The notes beneath the pieces are model-generated. The model saw nothing but the letters and a program-made list of their open reading frames with translations, made no database searches and was not told the origin of the DNA. Shown piece by piece: positions 45,723 to 53,257 of a DNA stretch of 53,257 nt. The position numbers and the translations under genes are program-made. Positions within the stretch are counted from its first letter, which is position 1. Each line of letters opens with the position of its first letter. Source of the stretch: an uncultured Gammaproteobacteria bacterium (GTDB lineage Bacteria > Cyanobacteriota > Vampirovibrionia > LMEP-6097); assembly GCA_964410425.1 (NCBI GenBank), contig CAYPGT010000002.1:1-53257 (forward strand), in the 5' to 3' direction.

Positions 45723-46554
45723 TATAATCCAATCTATCACCAATAATCTAAATCTGAAAGATGGTATCTTTTTCCCTAACAATAGTTATGATGATTATAA
45801 GATTTCCTATCCAGAAGAAAGCCATGATTACTATTTAGATATAGAAGAAAATTCTTTTTGGTTTCAGCATAGAAACAAATGTATCTATTCACTAATCAGT
45901 CACTTTAGTCCCAATGAAATCTTTTTTGATATTGGAGGTGGCAATGGTTTCACCTCATTATATTTAACACAGAACCATATTAAGTCCGTTGTAATAGAGC
46001 CAGGTCTCAGTGGAGCTATAAATGCTAAGAAAAGAGGTCTCACCACCATTTGTTCGAGAATTGAAGATCTTGGATTTAACCAAGAGAGTATCAAGTCTGT
46101 TGGGCTATTTGATGTTATTGAACATCTTGCAGATGAAAGACCCTTCCTCAATACTCTAAAAAACTATCTGGCAAATGATGCTTTCCTCTACGTAACAGTT
46201 CCAGCTTATGATTTTTTGTGGTCTTACGAAGATCAATCTTCTGGACATTTTAGAAGATATACGGTCAAAAGCTTAACTCACATTTTAGAAGAGCTAGGAT
46301 TTTCAATCAAATATGCAAGTTACTATTTCTCTCCATTAGTGCTACCAATATTTTTATTGAGAACGCTGCCTCACAAATTAAATAAAAACAGAAAGCCCAA
46401 TATCAATACAAATAAATCGGAACACTCCAATACGAAAATCTCTTCGAAAATAATATCACCTCTACTAAATTTAGAATTAAAGCTAATTGATAAATTAGAA
46501 ACCTTACCTTTAGGTGCAAGCATTCTAGCCGTAGCACAATACAAGGGAAACTGA
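45715..46554 (+). CDS. class I SAM-dependent methyltransferase
   Basis: 279 aa. FFDIGGGNGFTS (motif I), LFDVIEHLADE. 8-nt overlap with the preceding membrane protein gene. Confidence 0.78.
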   Translation: MNNIIQSITNNLNLKDGIFFPNNSYDDYKISYPEESHDYYLDIEENSFWFQHRNKCIYSLISHFSPNEIFFDIGGGNGFTSLYLTQNHIKSVVIEPGLSGAINAKKRGLTTICSRIEDLGFNQESIKSVGLFDVIEHLADERPFLNTLKNYLANDAFLYVTVPAYDFLWSYEDQSSGHFRRYTVKSLTHILEELGFSIKYASYYFSPLVLPIFLLRTLPHKLNKNRKPNINTNKSEHSNTKISSKIISPLLNLELKLIDKLETLPLGASILAVAQYKGN

Positions 46555-46559
46555 GCTAA

Positions 46560-47594
46560 CTATGCCCCGCACAGCTTATTAATAATGAACTGCTTGCCGC
46601 ATATATCCAAATTCTTATGAATTACTGATGATATCAGAGTCGAATCTCTAACTGAGGTACTCTCCATAACGATACTGTCCTGCACTTCACTATTCTCAAT
46701 AATACAGTTATCAGCGATTGCAGTGAAAGGTCCAAGCGTAGAGTTATAAATCCGTACATTCTTGCCAATAAAGATCGGCCCCATTAAGTTAGAACCTTCT
46801 ATAACTGTTTTCTCTTTAACAGCAATGTTACCGTGTAAGTATGAGTCTCTGATAGTTGAATCCACGTTATCAAATTTATTGGATTCTATCAGTAGTGTTT
46901 TATTAGCATCTAGAATACCATCTCGAGTTCCAGAATCAAACCAGTAAGAATTCAAAATATGCGTGGTAACACTTTCACCACTTTCTACTTGCGCAGAGAT
47001 CGCATCGGTGATCTCCAATTCCCCTCTAGGACTAGGTTGCACTTGGTCAATAAACTTATAAATATTCTTACTGAATAAATAGACACCAACGATCGCATGT
47101 CTAGAAACAAAAGTCTTAGGTTTCTCAACAAGCTTCTCAGCTTTACCCTCTTCACTAAACTTCACCACTCCAAAGTCATAAGGTCTATCAACTTCTTTAA
47201 TAAGGATTAAAGAATCTGCCTTGGTATCGTAAAACTTCTTCACCATTTTCACCAAGGGCTCATCAAAAATATTATCACCAAGAATCACCGTGAAATCATC
47301 ATCACCAGTGAACTCTCGATTAATACCCACAGCATGAGCTAGACCACGCGGCGCATCTTGATAGAGAAAACTAATATTCACTCCAAAATCTTCCTGGCGC
47401 ACTTTTTCTTCAATAAGCTTACCTGTCTCAGGATTAAGAACTATTTGAATATCATAGATATCTGCTTTACGTAAGTTTTCAATACAATGAAACAGTATAG
47501 GACGTCCCATCACTGGGACTAATTGCTTGGGGTAATTATCAGTTATAGGAGCTAACCTTGAACCCTTACCTCCAGATAATATTATGCCTTTCAT
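46560..47594 (-). CDS. sugar-1-phosphate nucleotidyltransferase, long form (paralogue of 42391-43425)
   Basis: 344 aa. MKGIILSGGKGSRLAPITDNYPKQLVPV. Colinear with the other copy over the full length, clearly diverged at the nucleotide level. Confidence 0.85.
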   Translation of the reverse strand: MKGIILSGGKGSRLAPITDNYPKQLVPVMGRPILFHCIENLRKADIYDIQIVLNPETGKLIEEKVRQEDFGVNISFLYQDAPRGLAHAVGINREFTGDDDFTVILGDNIFDEPLVKMVKKFYDTKADSLILIKEVDRPYDFGVVKFSEEGKAEKLVEKPKTFVSRHAIVGVYLFSKNIYKFIDQVQPSPRGELEITDAISAQVESGESVTTHILNSYWFDSGTRDGILDANKTLLIESNKFDNVDSTIRDSYLHGNIAVKEKTVIEGSNLMGPIFIGKNVRIYNSTLGPFTAIADNCIIENSEVQDSIVMESTSVRDSTLISSVIHKNLDICGKQFIINKLCGA

Positions 47595-47605
47595 TTACTG
47601 TTAGG

Positions 47606-48856
47606 TTATACCCGAATCTGCTTCTCGATAAACTTAATTCTCTCTTCCTTCACTCCTGCTTGGAGTGCATATTTCCGAAAGTTCGAAAACTTATCTTGGA
47701 TCCGCTCAATCATTTTGGCAGCATTCTTGATATGAAATGTATCAGCGATTATCAATAAGTCATCATTAGTAATATTTTGTGATTTACCGTTTATCAGTAG
47801 ATTATGCTCCTTGAGCCAATAATGATCAGGATTATATGAGAATGTCAAATCATAAGCAGGTGCTAATTTCCACTTGGCATCTATTCCCATTAAGAAAGCA
47901 AAATTCTTCGTGTGATCATCATGATTACGTCCTATAACATTGAAAACCATGCGCAGGAAGAGCTGCTCCTTCTCTTTCATAGTCAAACTCAATTGATTCG
48001 CAACTCTAAACAATATTTCATAAGAAGTTGTTCTTGCTTGATTGTAATCCAAGTGCGTCAGAGCACATAAAGTCTGCACATGTAATTTTTCATAGGAGTC
48101 GCTGCGATCAAAACGTTTAGTAAGGAAGTGGCTGCGACCATTCTCTTCAATAAGCTTACTTAGCATCATCTCGATACCACAGTCTCTAGCTATAAGATAG
48201 TATGCGTATTCTATATTGGTATAGCCCAAGGGATCACTCAGTGACTCATTTGTAATGCCATCCAATTTAATTATCCAATACTCAAATCCTTCTTGCCGTA
48301 CTTGACCTGAACGGATCTCTTGAGTATCAGGGTGAATCGCAATCACAGCTTTAGCCCTAGCACCTCCTGCCGAAGAGCCGATATGCATGATCGTTGCCAC
48401 ATCATCAAAAGCAGCACGCTGATTTATACGCTTCTGAAGAATTTCAGTAGATAGATTGACTAAAGTATTAAGGTCTATTGCTTTATCCTGAATATTTTCA
48501 TCCTTATTAGGGAAGAACTCTAAAGCTCCCATAGCTCTAGTTCCTAAATAACAAAGCTTATCTAAGGCAGAAACATCACCCAAAGCAATGCCCTCTTGTG
48601 CAAACCAAGCATCAATCATATTATTGCCATACCTGTCTGGAAGTGAGTCAGCAAGCAAGCCTGGTAAACCATGAAAAGTTTCTTCATTCAAGTCGAAACT
48701 CCAGACTTGCTGCTTAGACCTGGGCATCATGATAGGAGAGAGATCATAAATTTCTGGGAAGCGCAAATCATACTCAAAATGCACTAAACGACTATTTCGA
48801 TAAGCTGCATAACCCACTATTAAATTCCATAAGCGGATTTCTATTTCACGAATCAT
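47606..48856 (-). CDS. hipA: HipA-family Ser/Thr kinase toxin
   Basis: 416 aa. HipA-type catalytic region GRNHDDHTKNFAFL and SSAGGARAKA. 4-nt overlap with the upstream HTH gene. Confidence 0.88.
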   Translation of the reverse strand: MIREIEIRLWNLIVGYAAYRNSRLVHFEYDLRFPEIYDLSPIMMPRSKQQVWSFDLNEETFHGLPGLLADSLPDRYGNNMIDAWFAQEGIALGDVSALDKLCYLGTRAMGALEFFPNKDENIQDKAIDLNTLVNLSTEILQKRINQRAAFDDVATIMHIGSSAGGARAKAVIAIHPDTQEIRSGQVRQEGFEYWIIKLDGITNESLSDPLGYTNIEYAYYLIARDCGIEMMLSKLIEENGRSHFLTKRFDRSDSYEKLHVQTLCALTHLDYNQARTTSYEILFRVANQLSLTMKEKEQLFLRMVFNVIGRNHDDHTKNFAFLMGIDAKWKLAPAYDLTFSYNPDHYWLKEHNLLINGKSQNITNDDLLIIADTFHIKNAAKMIERIQDKFSNFRKYALQAGVKEERIKFIEKQIRV

Positions 48857-49164
48857 TTCCTTGCCCTTTGTCGTTGTTTTTTTGAACTAGTTGCGTACTG
48901 CTCTTTGATTGAAATATTCTGTGCTTGCAATATAAGGTTCAGTTTATCTAGCTCATTAAAATACCTCAAAATAGATATAAATATTTCAAGCCTAGATCCA
49001 TGTCCTTGTTCAATTTTTTGAATCGTTAGTTTAGTCACACCAACTTCATGAGCAAGCTCTTCTTGAGTAATATTTCGTAATAAACGTCTTTCTTTTAATC
49101 TTGAACCTAAAATTTTCAAGATTTCATCATCAGTTTGCCATAAGCTTATATCGGATCCTAGCAT
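48853..49164 (-). CDS. hipB: XRE-family helix-turn-helix antitoxin, HipB-like
   Basis: 103 aa. LRNITQEELAHEVGVTKLTIQKIEQG (XRE HTH). Located upstream of and overlapping hipA. Confidence 0.78.
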   Translation of the reverse strand: MLGSDISLWQTDDEILKILGSRLKERRLLRNITQEELAHEVGVTKLTIQKIEQGHGSRLEIFISILRYFNELDKLNLILQAQNISIKEQYATSSKKQRQRARK

Positions 49165-49249
49165 CCGTAATATTATACCCTAAAGCATGTAAAACTATAT
49201 ACTAACGAACGAACAAGCATATAAAACATGCTTTTTCATACTTTACCAC

Positions 49250-50563
49250 TCAAGTTCTCTGCTCAATTGGCATGTAAGCCTGTTCATTATCACCAGTGTA
49301 AATCTGACGCGGACGGAATATTTTATTAATGCCACTATCACGTTGTTCTTTCCAATGAGCTAACCAACCAGGAATTCTTCCTAAAGCAAACATCACTGTG
49401 AACATGTCCACAGGAATACCAAGAGCCTTGTAAATGATACCTGAGTAGAAGTCCACATTAGGATATAACTTACGAGAAACGAAGTAATCATCCTTCAGAG
49501 CTTCTTCTTCCAAACCTCTTGCAATATCTAATAAAGGATCATTAACACCAAGCTTGTTAAGTACAGTATCACAAGCCTTGCGTAGAATCTTCGCACGTGG
49601 ATCGAAGTTCTTATATACTCTGTGACCAAAACCCATAAGTCTGATAGAAGACTTCTTGTCTTTTACCTTAGATAAATAAGTCTTATAGTCATCGCCACTG
49701 GCTCTAATATTCTCAAGCATCTCTAATACCGCTTGGTTAGCACCACCGTGCAATGGACCCCAGAGAGCAGAGATACCAGCAGAGATCGCAGCATAGATAC
49801 TTGCACCAGAACTTTGCACAGTACGAACAGTAGACGTAGAGCAGTTTTGCTCGTGGTCAGCATGTAGGATTAGTAATTGATTTATCACCTTCACTAGATC
49901 AGGATCTATTTCGTAAGGTTCAGAAGGAACAGCAAACATCATATTCAAGAAGTTCGCACAATAAGTAAGCGAGTTCTCAGGATAGATCAAAGGTTGACCA
50001 ATAGACTTCTTGTAAGAGAACGCTGCGATAGTTCTTAACTTAGAAAGAATACGAATGATATCTAAGTTCACTTGCTCATCAGAGACTATATCTTGTGACT
50101 CAGGATAGTAACTAGAAAGCGAAGATGTCATAGAACTTAGAATAGACATCGGGTGCGCCTTACTAGGAAAACCTGAAAAGAAATGCGTCATATCTTCGTG
50201 TAATAAAGAATGTCTAGTAAGACCAGTAGAGAAGGCGGACAACTCATCCTTAGTAGGAAGCTTGCCATAAATCAATAGATAAGCACTTTCTACGAAAGTA
50301 GACTTCTCAGCTAAATCTTCGATATTATAACCACGATAACGTAATATACCTTTCTCGCCATCGATAAAACATACAGAACTCTGACAGGAACCGGTATTCA
50401 CAAAGCCATGATCAAGAGTAATCAAACCTGTGTCACTTCTTAACTTCGATATATCTAGGGCCCTCTCGCCTTCTGTACCTTCAATAATCGGCAATTCGAA
50501 GGTCTTACCATCAACGTTAAGTGTGGCTGTTTTCGATGCTACTTCTGTCTGAGCTGAATTCAT
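49250..50563 (-). CDS. gltA: citrate synthase (type II, Gram-negative-like)
   Basis: 437 aa. LRYRGYNIEDL, HADHEQNCSTSTVR, GFGHRVYKNFDPRA; all are classic citrate synthase motifs. Confidence 0.95.
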   Translation of the reverse strand: MNSAQTEVASKTATLNVDGKTFELPIIEGTEGERALDISKLRSDTGLITLDHGFVNTGSCQSSVCFIDGEKGILRYRGYNIEDLAEKSTFVESAYLLIYGKLPTKDELSAFSTGLTRHSLLHEDMTHFFSGFPSKAHPMSILSSMTSSLSSYYPESQDIVSDEQVNLDIIRILSKLRTIAAFSYKKSIGQPLIYPENSLTYCANFLNMMFAVPSEPYEIDPDLVKVINQLLILHADHEQNCSTSTVRTVQSSGASIYAAISAGISALWGPLHGGANQAVLEMLENIRASGDDYKTYLSKVKDKKSSIRLMGFGHRVYKNFDPRAKILRKACDTVLNKLGVNDPLLDIARGLEEEALKDDYFVSRKLYPNVDFYSGIIYKALGIPVDMFTVMFALGRIPGWLAHWKEQRDSGINKIFRPRQIYTGDNEQAYMPIEQRT

Positions 50564-50688
50564 AATTACAATCTTCCCATAATTTATTTTTTATCACTCT
50601 AAACATTGACAAGCTATTATCTTGTGAGTGTAACGGAAGCGTGCGAAGTCGAAACGTTACCATCCCGAATACAGTATAATTTTCCCCT

Positions 50689-52422
50689 ATGAAATTAGAA
50701 AACATGTTCAGGAAAAAATGTATTGTTAAGTTAAATGAAGAACCGATAGATAGTGTTGGTCATATAAGCTTAAACAGAATTCTTACCACCAGAGATTTAA
50801 CTGCTCTTGGCGTAGCAGCGATTATTGGAGCTGGCGTTTTTAGTACTATTGGACGTGCTTGTTTTAATGGTGGTCCGGCAGTATCTTTACTCTTCGTGTT
50901 TACGGCTATCACTTGTACATTTTGTGCGCTGTGCTATGCAGAATTTGCTTCAAGAGTGCCAGTAGCAGGCAGTGCCTACACGTATTCTTACGTAGCTTTT
51001 GGAGAGATTATCGCTTGGATCATAGGCTGGAACCTAATTATGGAATATGCCATTGGTAACATTACTGTGGCTATTGCTTGGTCTAGCAACCTTGTTAGTT
51101 TTCTCCGCGGATTTGGCATTCATATTCCAGATTACTTAGCTAATAGTTATATGGCAGCAGCGAAAGGACATGCGAAGTTTTTAGAACTCACTACTCAAGC
51201 GGCTTCCGTACCAGCAGTCAACCCTCCTATCGAAATTCCTAGTCACATTAGTTACCTACATGAACTTTGGCTCAGTGCACCACAAGTTTTTGGTTATCCA
51301 TTAATCCTTAATCTTCCAGCCTTCTTAAGCGTCGTGGCGATTACAGTGCTGGTTTATGTCGGCGTAAAAGAGTCTCGTAACACCACTTTATTCATGGTGG
51401 GATTTAAGGTAGTAGTAGTTTTACTAGTAATCCTTATAGGTGCTTTCTATGTCAATCCTGAGAACTGGGTACCCTTCGCTCCGAATGGAGTCAGAGGTGT
51501 GATGCAGGGTGTCTCTGCTGTATTCTTTGCTTATGTTGGATTTGATGCTGTCTCTACTACAGCGGAAGAATGTAAAAATCCTCAGAAAGATTTACCTCAG
51601 GGCATGATTAACTCTCTACTTATTTGTACAGCTTTGTATATTGCGATATCACTTGTGTTAACGGGAATGGTTAAATATACAGAACTGAATGTTGGTGATT
51701 TCATTGTAGTAGCTTTCAATTCAGTAGGCTTAAATTGGCTTGGTGGCATTCTTGCTCTCAGTGCAGTAGTAGCTACAACCAGTGTGATGTTAGTATTCCA
51801 GTTAGCTCAACCACGTATCTGGATGGCAATGAGCCGTGATGGTTTACTTCCTAAGAAATTTTCACATATACATCCTAAATTTCGCACTCCTAGTTTCGCG
51901 ACTGTAGTTATGGGTGTAATGGTTGCAGTGCCAGCCTTAATCTTAGATGCTGAGCTTGCAACTGATATGAATAGTATCGGTACGCTGTTTGCGTTTGCTG
52001 CAGTCTGTGCAGGTATATTGATGCTACCGAAGGAAGGAACTCATGGTAAATTCATGGTGCCTTTTATCAGTGGACGTTACATTATTCCAGCTCTAGTACT
52101 TATTAGTGGAATGCTGCTCTATGTTTACAATCCAGCTGCTTGCAGTGAATTCTTTAGTTTAGATCACGCTGTACTCAGTCCGATGCAAGTCTTAATTAAT
52201 AAGATCCCTCATTTTAGTTTCGTTGTTCTAGTACTCGGCATGGCGATTCTGTGCTTCTTCAAAAAACTTTCTGTAATTCCAGTATTAGGCTTACTCTCTT
52301 GTTTCTATCTAATGACAGAACTTGGAATCCTCAACTGGCAAAGGTTTGGAGTGTGGATGCTGATAGGTTTTGCTATCTACTTACTCTATGGCTATAATCA
52401 TAGTAAGATGAACGACGAATAG
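50689..52422 (+). CDS. APC-superfamily amino acid permease (cationic amino acid transporter-like)
   Basis: 577 aa, about 12-14 hydrophobic segments. LGVAAIIGAGVFS, AEFASRVPVAGSAYTYSY and GFDAVSTTAEECKNPQKDLP are typical of the family. The start could be the second Met (MFRKK). Confidence 0.88.
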   Translation: MKLENMFRKKCIVKLNEEPIDSVGHISLNRILTTRDLTALGVAAIIGAGVFSTIGRACFNGGPAVSLLFVFTAITCTFCALCYAEFASRVPVAGSAYTYSYVAFGEIIAWIIGWNLIMEYAIGNITVAIAWSSNLVSFLRGFGIHIPDYLANSYMAAAKGHAKFLELTTQAASVPAVNPPIEIPSHISYLHELWLSAPQVFGYPLILNLPAFLSVVAITVLVYVGVKESRNTTLFMVGFKVVVVLLVILIGAFYVNPENWVPFAPNGVRGVMQGVSAVFFAYVGFDAVSTTAEECKNPQKDLPQGMINSLLICTALYIAISLVLTGMVKYTELNVGDFIVVAFNSVGLNWLGGILALSAVVATTSVMLVFQLAQPRIWMAMSRDGLLPKKFSHIHPKFRTPSFATVVMGVMVAVPALILDAELATDMNSIGTLFAFAAVCAGILMLPKEGTHGKFMVPFISGRYIIPALVLISGMLLYVYNPAACSEFFSLDHAVLSPMQVLINKIPHFSFVVLVLGMAILCFFKKLSVIPVLGLLSCFYLMTELGILNWQRFGVWMLIGFAIYLLYGYNHSKMNDE

Positions 52423-52432
52423 GGTTCTGCAC

Positions 52433-53209
52433 TTAACTCCGAATCCACTCAGCAATATCATCAGCAATAGTCACGACTAGATCAGACCAAATCCAGTCGT
52501 GATCAGCGCCTGAATAGATACGCATAGTTTTACTAGCTGCAGGTATTGCTTGATAAAATTGATCCTGGGTTTTATTATCCACCACCTTATCGCCTTCCAT
52601 TTGAATTAATAGCACTGGCGTTTGCAGTTTGAGAATATTTTTCTGAGTAATACCGCGCATCTTCACTATCTCAAACAGCAGAGTCTGAGTTACAGTGCCA
52701 ACTCTAAGTGGATCAGTCATAGCGGGAGTGAGCTTGGCTTTCTCAGAGACAGGCATCTCCACGTAAACATCTCTATCAAAAATCAATTTATCAATAATTA
52801 TTTTTCGTATCGTATTAATCATAAACGGCAAATCAAAAGTAGAAGAAGCACCCTTAAATCCAGGCACTGACAACACCAGCTTGTCTCCCGGAGCGATTGC
52901 TGGCAGATTCACAGCAATCAAAGCTCCAAGACTATGTCCCAGAATGGTAATTCTGGCATCAGGATTAGCAGTCTTCAGATCTTGATATTTCTTCTGAGTA
53001 AAATCAACCCACTCTTGATACGAATCTATATGACCTTTAGTATAAGGACTATGATTATCGTGGTCTAAATTATGGTTCTTACCAAATCCCGGCAAATCAT
53101 AAGCAGCAAACCCTATACCCTTACGTTTAAGTTCGTCAGCCAAACTAGCAAACCAACCGCTATGACCGCCCAAACCGTGAATTGCAAGTACGATGTCTTT
53201 GCTCATCAC
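52433..53209 (-). CDS. alpha/beta hydrolase (lysophospholipase/monoacylglycerol lipase-like)
   Basis: 258 aa. HGLGGHSGWF oxyanion region, nucleophile elbow GHSLGA, C-terminal DH pair. Confidence 0.78.
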   Translation of the reverse strand: MMSKDIVLAIHGLGGHSGWFASLADELKRKGIGFAAYDLPGFGKNHNLDHDNHSPYTKGHIDSYQEWVDFTQKKYQDLKTANPDARITILGHSLGALIAVNLPAIAPGDKLVLSVPGFKGASSTFDLPFMINTIRKIIIDKLIFDRDVYVEMPVSEKAKLTPAMTDPLRVGTVTQTLLFEIVKMRGITQKNILKLQTPVLLIQMEGDKVVDNKTQDQFYQAIPAASKTMRIYSGADHDWIWSDLVVTIADDIAEWIRS

Positions 53210-53257
53210 TTGTATTATATACGTAGAATGAAAGTCTGTAACTGTATCGTCATCCTG

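Noticed and set aside
49215-49236. Rho-independent terminator hairpin (aagcat-ataaaac-atgctt followed by TTT) between hipB and gltA
   Set aside because: The T-run follows the stem only on the plus strand, whereas both neighbouring genes are on the minus strand. The stem is only 6 bp and AT-rich.
50606-50680. Promoter elements for the permease gene (TTGACA at 50606-50611; TATAAT at 50675-50680)
   Set aside because: The two hexamers are ~63 nt apart, so they cannot belong to one promoter. Neither has a convincing partner at 16-19 nt spacing, so no promoter call was made.
1-53257. Classical mobile genetic element (prophage, ICE, transposon) explaining the accessory block
   Set aside because: No integrase, transposase, recombinase, phage structural gene, conjugation gene or flanking tRNA was recognised. 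Only short repeats and TA modules mark the boundaries.

Overview
AT-rich bacterial chromosomal segment, roughly one-third G+C by eye; lineage not assignable from the sequence alone. Core-type genes sit at both edges. On the left are cysD, DUF309, a DCC-type thiol oxidoreductase and a flavin reductase. On the right are citrate synthase, an APC amino-acid permease and an alpha/beta hydrolase. Between them lies a ~45 kb accessory locus bracketed by two toxin-antitoxin modules: RelE/YafQ-like at 3.8-4.4 kb and HipBA at 47.6-49.2 kb. The locus is mostly surface-glycan chemistry. It has two long-form sugar-1-P nucleotidyltransferases, a dTDP-glucose 4,6-dehydratase, a DegT aminotransferase, a sugar N-formyltransferase and an ArnC/GtrB-like polyprenyl-phosphate glycosyltransferase. 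It also has AsnB-like, several SAM methyltransferases, soluble GT2s, a split Rieske oxygenase, and a second block with GatZ-like, cupin, HAD and a nucleotidyltransferase-kinase fusion. Five large polytopic membrane proteins look GT-C-like. No Wzx, Wzy, ABC exporter or initiating phosphoglycosyltransferase was recognised in the window. Embedded in the locus is a 12.4 kb gene for a 4147-aa secreted PKD-repeat protein. Its His-containing C-terminal module and a 4-nt-overlapping acidic downstream ORF resemble a polymorphic toxin-immunity pair. Both genes show an internal compositional break, and the downstream ORF carries (AT)9 and A9 tracts. Intergenic regions hold three small repeat families: a GC-rich hairpin element, a 131-nt long inverted-repeat element, and a ~40-nt motif. 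No rRNA, tRNA, CRISPR array, transposase or integrase was recognised. All functional calls come from reading the translations and remembered family motifs; no searches were run.
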